Positions 37,042 to 40,352 of a stretch of 40,352 bases of DNA are shown here, piece by piece. The position numbers were made by a program, and so were the translations under genes. The stretch's first letter is position 1. Each line of letters opens with the position of its first letter. The stretch spans positions 1 through 40,352 of the forward strand of contig JANPEF010000133.1 in assembly GCA_031431875.1 (NCBI GenBank), read 5' to 3'. Below the pieces are notes generated by a model. It was not told the DNA's origin. It did not search any database and saw only the letters and a list, made by a program, of their open reading frames with translations. The DNA is from Candidatus Eiseniibacteriota bacterium. Lineage in GTDB: Bacteria; Eisenbacteria; RBG-16-71-46; DASYSL01.

Positions 37042-40000
37042 ATGTCGCTCGTTCGTCGCATTCCCATCCCCGCCGTGGTCGCATTCGCGGTCACCCTCGC
37101 CTTGACGGCAGGGGCGGCGACGAGCGCGCTCGCTCAGACCGGCGTGTGGCGACAGGTCGGGCCGCCGGGCGGCGATGTCACGAGCGTGGCGCATGGCGAC
37201 AGCGGGTCCGTGTTGCTCACCGGCGCGCTGGGCGGGTTCCGCTACGACGGGCTGCGTTCGCGGCGGGTGCCGGTCTTCGCGCCGGGCGCCGACTCGCTGT
37301 CGGGCAGTGCGATCCTCGAGGCGAAGAACGGCGACCTGTGGGTGGCGTCCCTGCTTCCCGGCACCGACAGCAACGGCCTGTACCGGTTGCGACCGGACGG
37401 CAGCGTGGAGCGCTTCACCGCGGCATCCGGGCTGGGGAACTCGCTCAGCGATCAGGTTCTCGACCTTGCCGAGACGCCCGACGGCACGATCTGGGCGGGC
37501 GTCAACAACGGCGGCCTGTCGCGCTTCGACGGCTTCGCGTGGACGACGATCACCACCGACCAGGGGCTCCCGACCATGACCGTCAAGTCGATCGCGGTCG
37601 ATCCGGTCGACGGTTCGCTGTGGGTCGGCACGCTCGGCGTCAATGCGGGGCTTGCCCACATCGTGGACGGAGTCGTCGTGTCCGTCCATCGAGGGTTCGC
37701 GCTCAGCCCGCAGTCCGACAACGTTCGCGCCGTCCTGATCACGCGCGACCGCGAGGTCTGGGTCGGCTTCGATCGCGGACTCGCCCGACTCGCTGCCGGT
37801 GTCTTCGAGGAGTACGACGCCACGACCTCGGTGACGGCGCTGGCCGAGGGCGCGCATGGCGAGATCTGGTTCGGCACCGGCAACCGGGGTGTGGGGCGCT
37901 GGGACGTGGGACAGCTCCGCGTGGTCGTCAGCGGTCCGCCGTCGGGCGTGATCCGCGACCTGATCGTCGATGCCGCGGGTGTGCTGTGGGTGGCGACGGC
38001 CGGCGGCGCGGCGCGCTTCGAGGGCGCCGCCTGGCTGACATACAGCAAGGTCGACCTGCTGCCCGTGACCATGAGCGTCTTTGTGGGCTTGCGCGATTTC
38101 TCGGTGGCGGCGGTCGGGGATTCGATCGATGGGGACGGCATCGTCTGGATCGGGGGCTCGCCGACGAGCGTGAGTCCCACGCAGAACCTGAAACTCGTGC
38201 GCCGGGCGAACGGACGCCTCTCGGCGATCGGGACCGCCGAGGGCCTGCCTGGCGGGCCTGTCCGGGCGCTCGCACCGGCGGACTCCGGCGCGATCTGGTG
38301 TGCGACGGCGACCGGCGCGGGCGGCGGCGTCGCGCGCGTGTCGGTCGATGGAGTGGTCACGCACGCGTACCTCGCACCGACCACGTTCCCCTCGTCCAAC
38401 GTGTTCGCGCTCGCGGATGCCGGCGCGGGCGGGGCCTGGGCGGCGACGCAGACGGGTGCGGTCCGCGTGGACCGGGCCGGTCACGCGACTCTGCCGATCC
38501 GCCCGGGCGCGATGCCGGATGCACCCCTTGTCGGGGTCGCGGTCGACGCTCTCGGGAGGGCATGGTTTGCCACGGGACAGCCTCCGACCGGGATCGATCC
38601 GCGGGCGGCCGCCGGGGCCGTGCGCTTCGACCCGGCGGATTCGAGCTATTTCGTCGTCGATGTTGCCGCCGGGCTGCCGACGAACCGCCTGAATGGCGTC
38701 ACGATCGGCGCGGATGGCGCCGTCTGGTTGGCGAGCCCCGCCGGTGCGATTCGCTGGAACGACGGGGCGATCCGCACCTTCACGTTCGCGGACGGCCTGC
38801 CGACGAACGACGTGACGGGAGTCGGTGCCTCGCCCGACGGTCGGATCTGGGCCGCAACGGCCGCCGGGTTGGCTTCCTTTGACGGGACGCAGTGGTCGAC
38901 CGCAAACGTGGGTGACGGTCTCGCCGGATCGCAGATGGCGGCTGTCTTCGCGGACAGCCTCGGGGTGCTCGCCGCGTGCGGGACCGACGGCATCTCGCTG
39001 TATCACCCCGACCGCACGCCGCCGCGCGTCGAAGTCGCCAGCGGGCCGCCGTCGGCAACGGGCGCAAGCACGGTGCAGTTCGCGCTGCGCGGCGGTGATC
39101 TCGACAGCGATGCGGGCGCGGTTCTGATCTCGACCGAGCTGGTGGGGCGCACGCCGACGCCATTCCTGCCCGAGGTCGACGTCGTCGCGCTCGACCTGCT
39201 CGACGGCGACTACGTCTTCCGCGTCCGCGCCAAGGACCGTGCGCTCAACCAGACACCCGCGCCGATCGAGTGGGCGTTCACCGTCGACGCGACGCCGCCG
39301 CGGCCCGTGATCGAACAGCCGGCGTTCAACGCCATCGTCAAGGACACGGTCGACGTGCTGGGGCGCATCGTCGACCCGCGCTTCGCCACGTATCTGGTCG
39401 AACTGCGGCGCGAGGGGACCGTGGCGTGGGACACGCTGTTCACGTCGCCCGTGCCGCCGTCACCGGGCGCGCCGCTCTATCGCTGGACGTCGCGCGACGT
39501 GAACGACGGCGTGTGGGAGCTGCGCGTCGGCGTCACCGACAGCCTGGGGCTGATCGGCTACTCGCAGGTGAGCGTGATCGTCGACAACTTCGCGCCGAGC
39601 GCGTCGGTCACCGCGCCCGCAAAGGTCGACCACGTCACCGGCGGGCGCGTCTTCACGACCAATGGCGAGGTCGAGCTGTACGTGCCGCCGAACGCGTGGT
39701 CGGTCGACCAGATCGTGCGCATCGAGCCGCTCGCGGTTCCGGTTGGCGGCTTCCCGGGCGCGCGGCGCCCGCTCGCGGCCTGGGTGCTGCTCGCCGACGA
39801 TCCCACGCTCGACAAGCCGGCGACGCTGTCGATCGCATTGCCGCCGGACCCCGCACCCTTCCCGATCACGGGCACGCCGTCGATCCAGCGCCTCGTGATC
39901 TCCGGCGCGGACACGACGCTGGTGCCCGTCGGCGGTGCGCGGTCCGCCGACGGCGCGCGCGTGACGACGACCGTCGACGAACTCGGTGCCTTCGTGCTGA

Positions 40001-40338
40001 TCGACGACTCTGCGGCGAGCGGCGGCGGCTTCGCCGGCGCACGCTCGCTCGACTGCCAGCCGCGCGTGCTGTCGCCGCGGGGCGGCGGCTTCGACGTGCA
40101 GACCGCGATCTCGTTCGACCTGGGCCGTGCGGGCACGGGTGCGGTCAAGGTCTACGACCGCGCCGGCCGGCTGGTGAAGGAGGTCGCCGAGGTGAGCGCG
40201 TTCGCCCCGGGCCGCAACGTCGTCTACTGGAACGGCACCGACGGCGACGGGCAGGTCGTGCCGTCCGGGCTCTACACGGTCGCGGGGCGCTTCGCCGGCG
40301 CGACGTCGGTGCGCCCCCGCGGGGTGGCGAACCCCTGA
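37042..40338 (+). CDS. large secreted protein: two-component-regulator-type propeller repeats, Ig-like domains and a C-terminal FlgD-Ig domain
   Basis: SD GAGGA; signal peptide; repeats such as GLPTNDVTGVGASPDGRIWAAT and GLPTMTVKSIAVDPVDGSLWVGT; DGDYVFRVRAKD; C-terminus KVYDRAGRLVKEV...WNGTDGDGQVVPSGLY. Confidence 0.85.
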   Translation: MSLVRRIPIPAVVAFAVTLALTAGAATSALAQTGVWRQVGPPGGDVTSVAHGDSGSVLLTGALGGFRYDGLRSRRVPVFAPGADSLSGSAILEAKNGDLWVASLLPGTDSNGLYRLRPDGSVERFTAASGLGNSLSDQVLDLAETPDGTIWAGVNNGGLSRFDGFAWTTITTDQGLPTMTVKSIAVDPVDGSLWVGTLGVNAGLAHIVDGVVVSVHRGFALSPQSDNVRAVLITRDREVWVGFDRGLARLAAGVFEEYDATTSVTALAEGAHGEIWFGTGNRGVGRWDVGQLRVVVSGPPSGVIRDLIVDAAGVLWVATAGGAARFEGAAWLTYSKVDLLPVTMSVFVGLRDFSVAAVGDSIDGDGIVWIGGSPTSVSPTQNLKLVRRANGRLSAIGTAEGLPGGPVRALAPADSGAIWCATATGAGGGVARVSVDGVVTHAYLAPTTFPSSNVFALADAGAGGAWAATQTGAVRVDRAGHATLPIRPGAMPDAPLVGVAVDALGRAWFATGQPPTGIDPRAAAGAVRFDPADSSYFVVDVAAGLPTNRLNGVTIGADGAVWLASPAGAIRWNDGAIRTFTFADGLPTNDVTGVGASPDGRIWAATAAGLASFDGTQWSTANVGDGLAGSQMAAVFADSLGVLAACGTDGISLYHPDRTPPRVEVASGPPSATGASTVQFALRGGDLDSDAGAVLISTELVGRTPTPFLPEVDVVALDLLDGDYVFRVRAKDRALNQTPAPIEWAFTVDATPPRPVIEQPAFNAIVKDTVDVLGRIVDPRFATYLVELRREGTVAWDTLFTSPVPPSPGAPLYRWTSRDVNDGVWELRVGVTDSLGLIGYSQVSVIVDNFAPSASVTAPAKVDHVTGGRVFTTNGEVELYVPPNAWSVDQIVRIEPLAVPVGGFPGARRPLAAWVLLADDPTLDKPATLSIALPPDPAPFPITGTPSIQRLVISGADTTLVPVGGARSADGARVTTTVDELGAFVLIDDSAASGGGFAGARSLDCQPRVLSPRGGGFDVQTAISFDLGRAGTGAVKVYDRAGRLVKEVAEVSAFAPGRNVVYWNGTDGDGQVVPSGLYTVAGRFAGATSVRPRGVANP

Positions 40339-40352
40339 GCGCGCGCCGCAGC

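Overview
High-GC (roughly 70%) chromosomal window from a diderm bacterium with about 35 densely packed CDS. I found no rRNA, tRNA, CRISPR array, transposase or integrase. Housekeeping and stress genes include groES-groEL, a PduO-type cobalamin adenosyltransferase, class II fba, msrA, xth, ggt, pcm and ppa. The window also has a vapBC toxin-antitoxin pair, an OmpR-type two-component pair and many exported hydrolases and lipoproteins. Three large secreted proteins end in a related FlgD-Ig / T9SS-CTD-like domain, which suggests (inference only) an FCB-superphylum candidate lineage such as Ca. Eisenbacteria. Best leads: (1) these three unrelated cargo proteins, one with a cohesin-dockerin-cohesin block, pointing to a C-terminal sorting and surface-assembly system; (2) enrichment of the Bacteroidota O-glycosylation sequon D-(S/T)-(A/I/L/V/M/T) in exported proteins and domains; (3) an orphan near-consensus sigma-54 promoter pointing into a GGA-rich non-coding stretch that ends at a 26-bp hairpin (candidate sRNA); (4) a membrane protein plus Xis/BldC-like HTH operon with phased AT-rich direct repeats over its promoter; (5) three genes that appear to need non-canonical CTG or ATC starts coupled to the upstream stop. 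All calls come from motif recognition by eye; no database searches were run.
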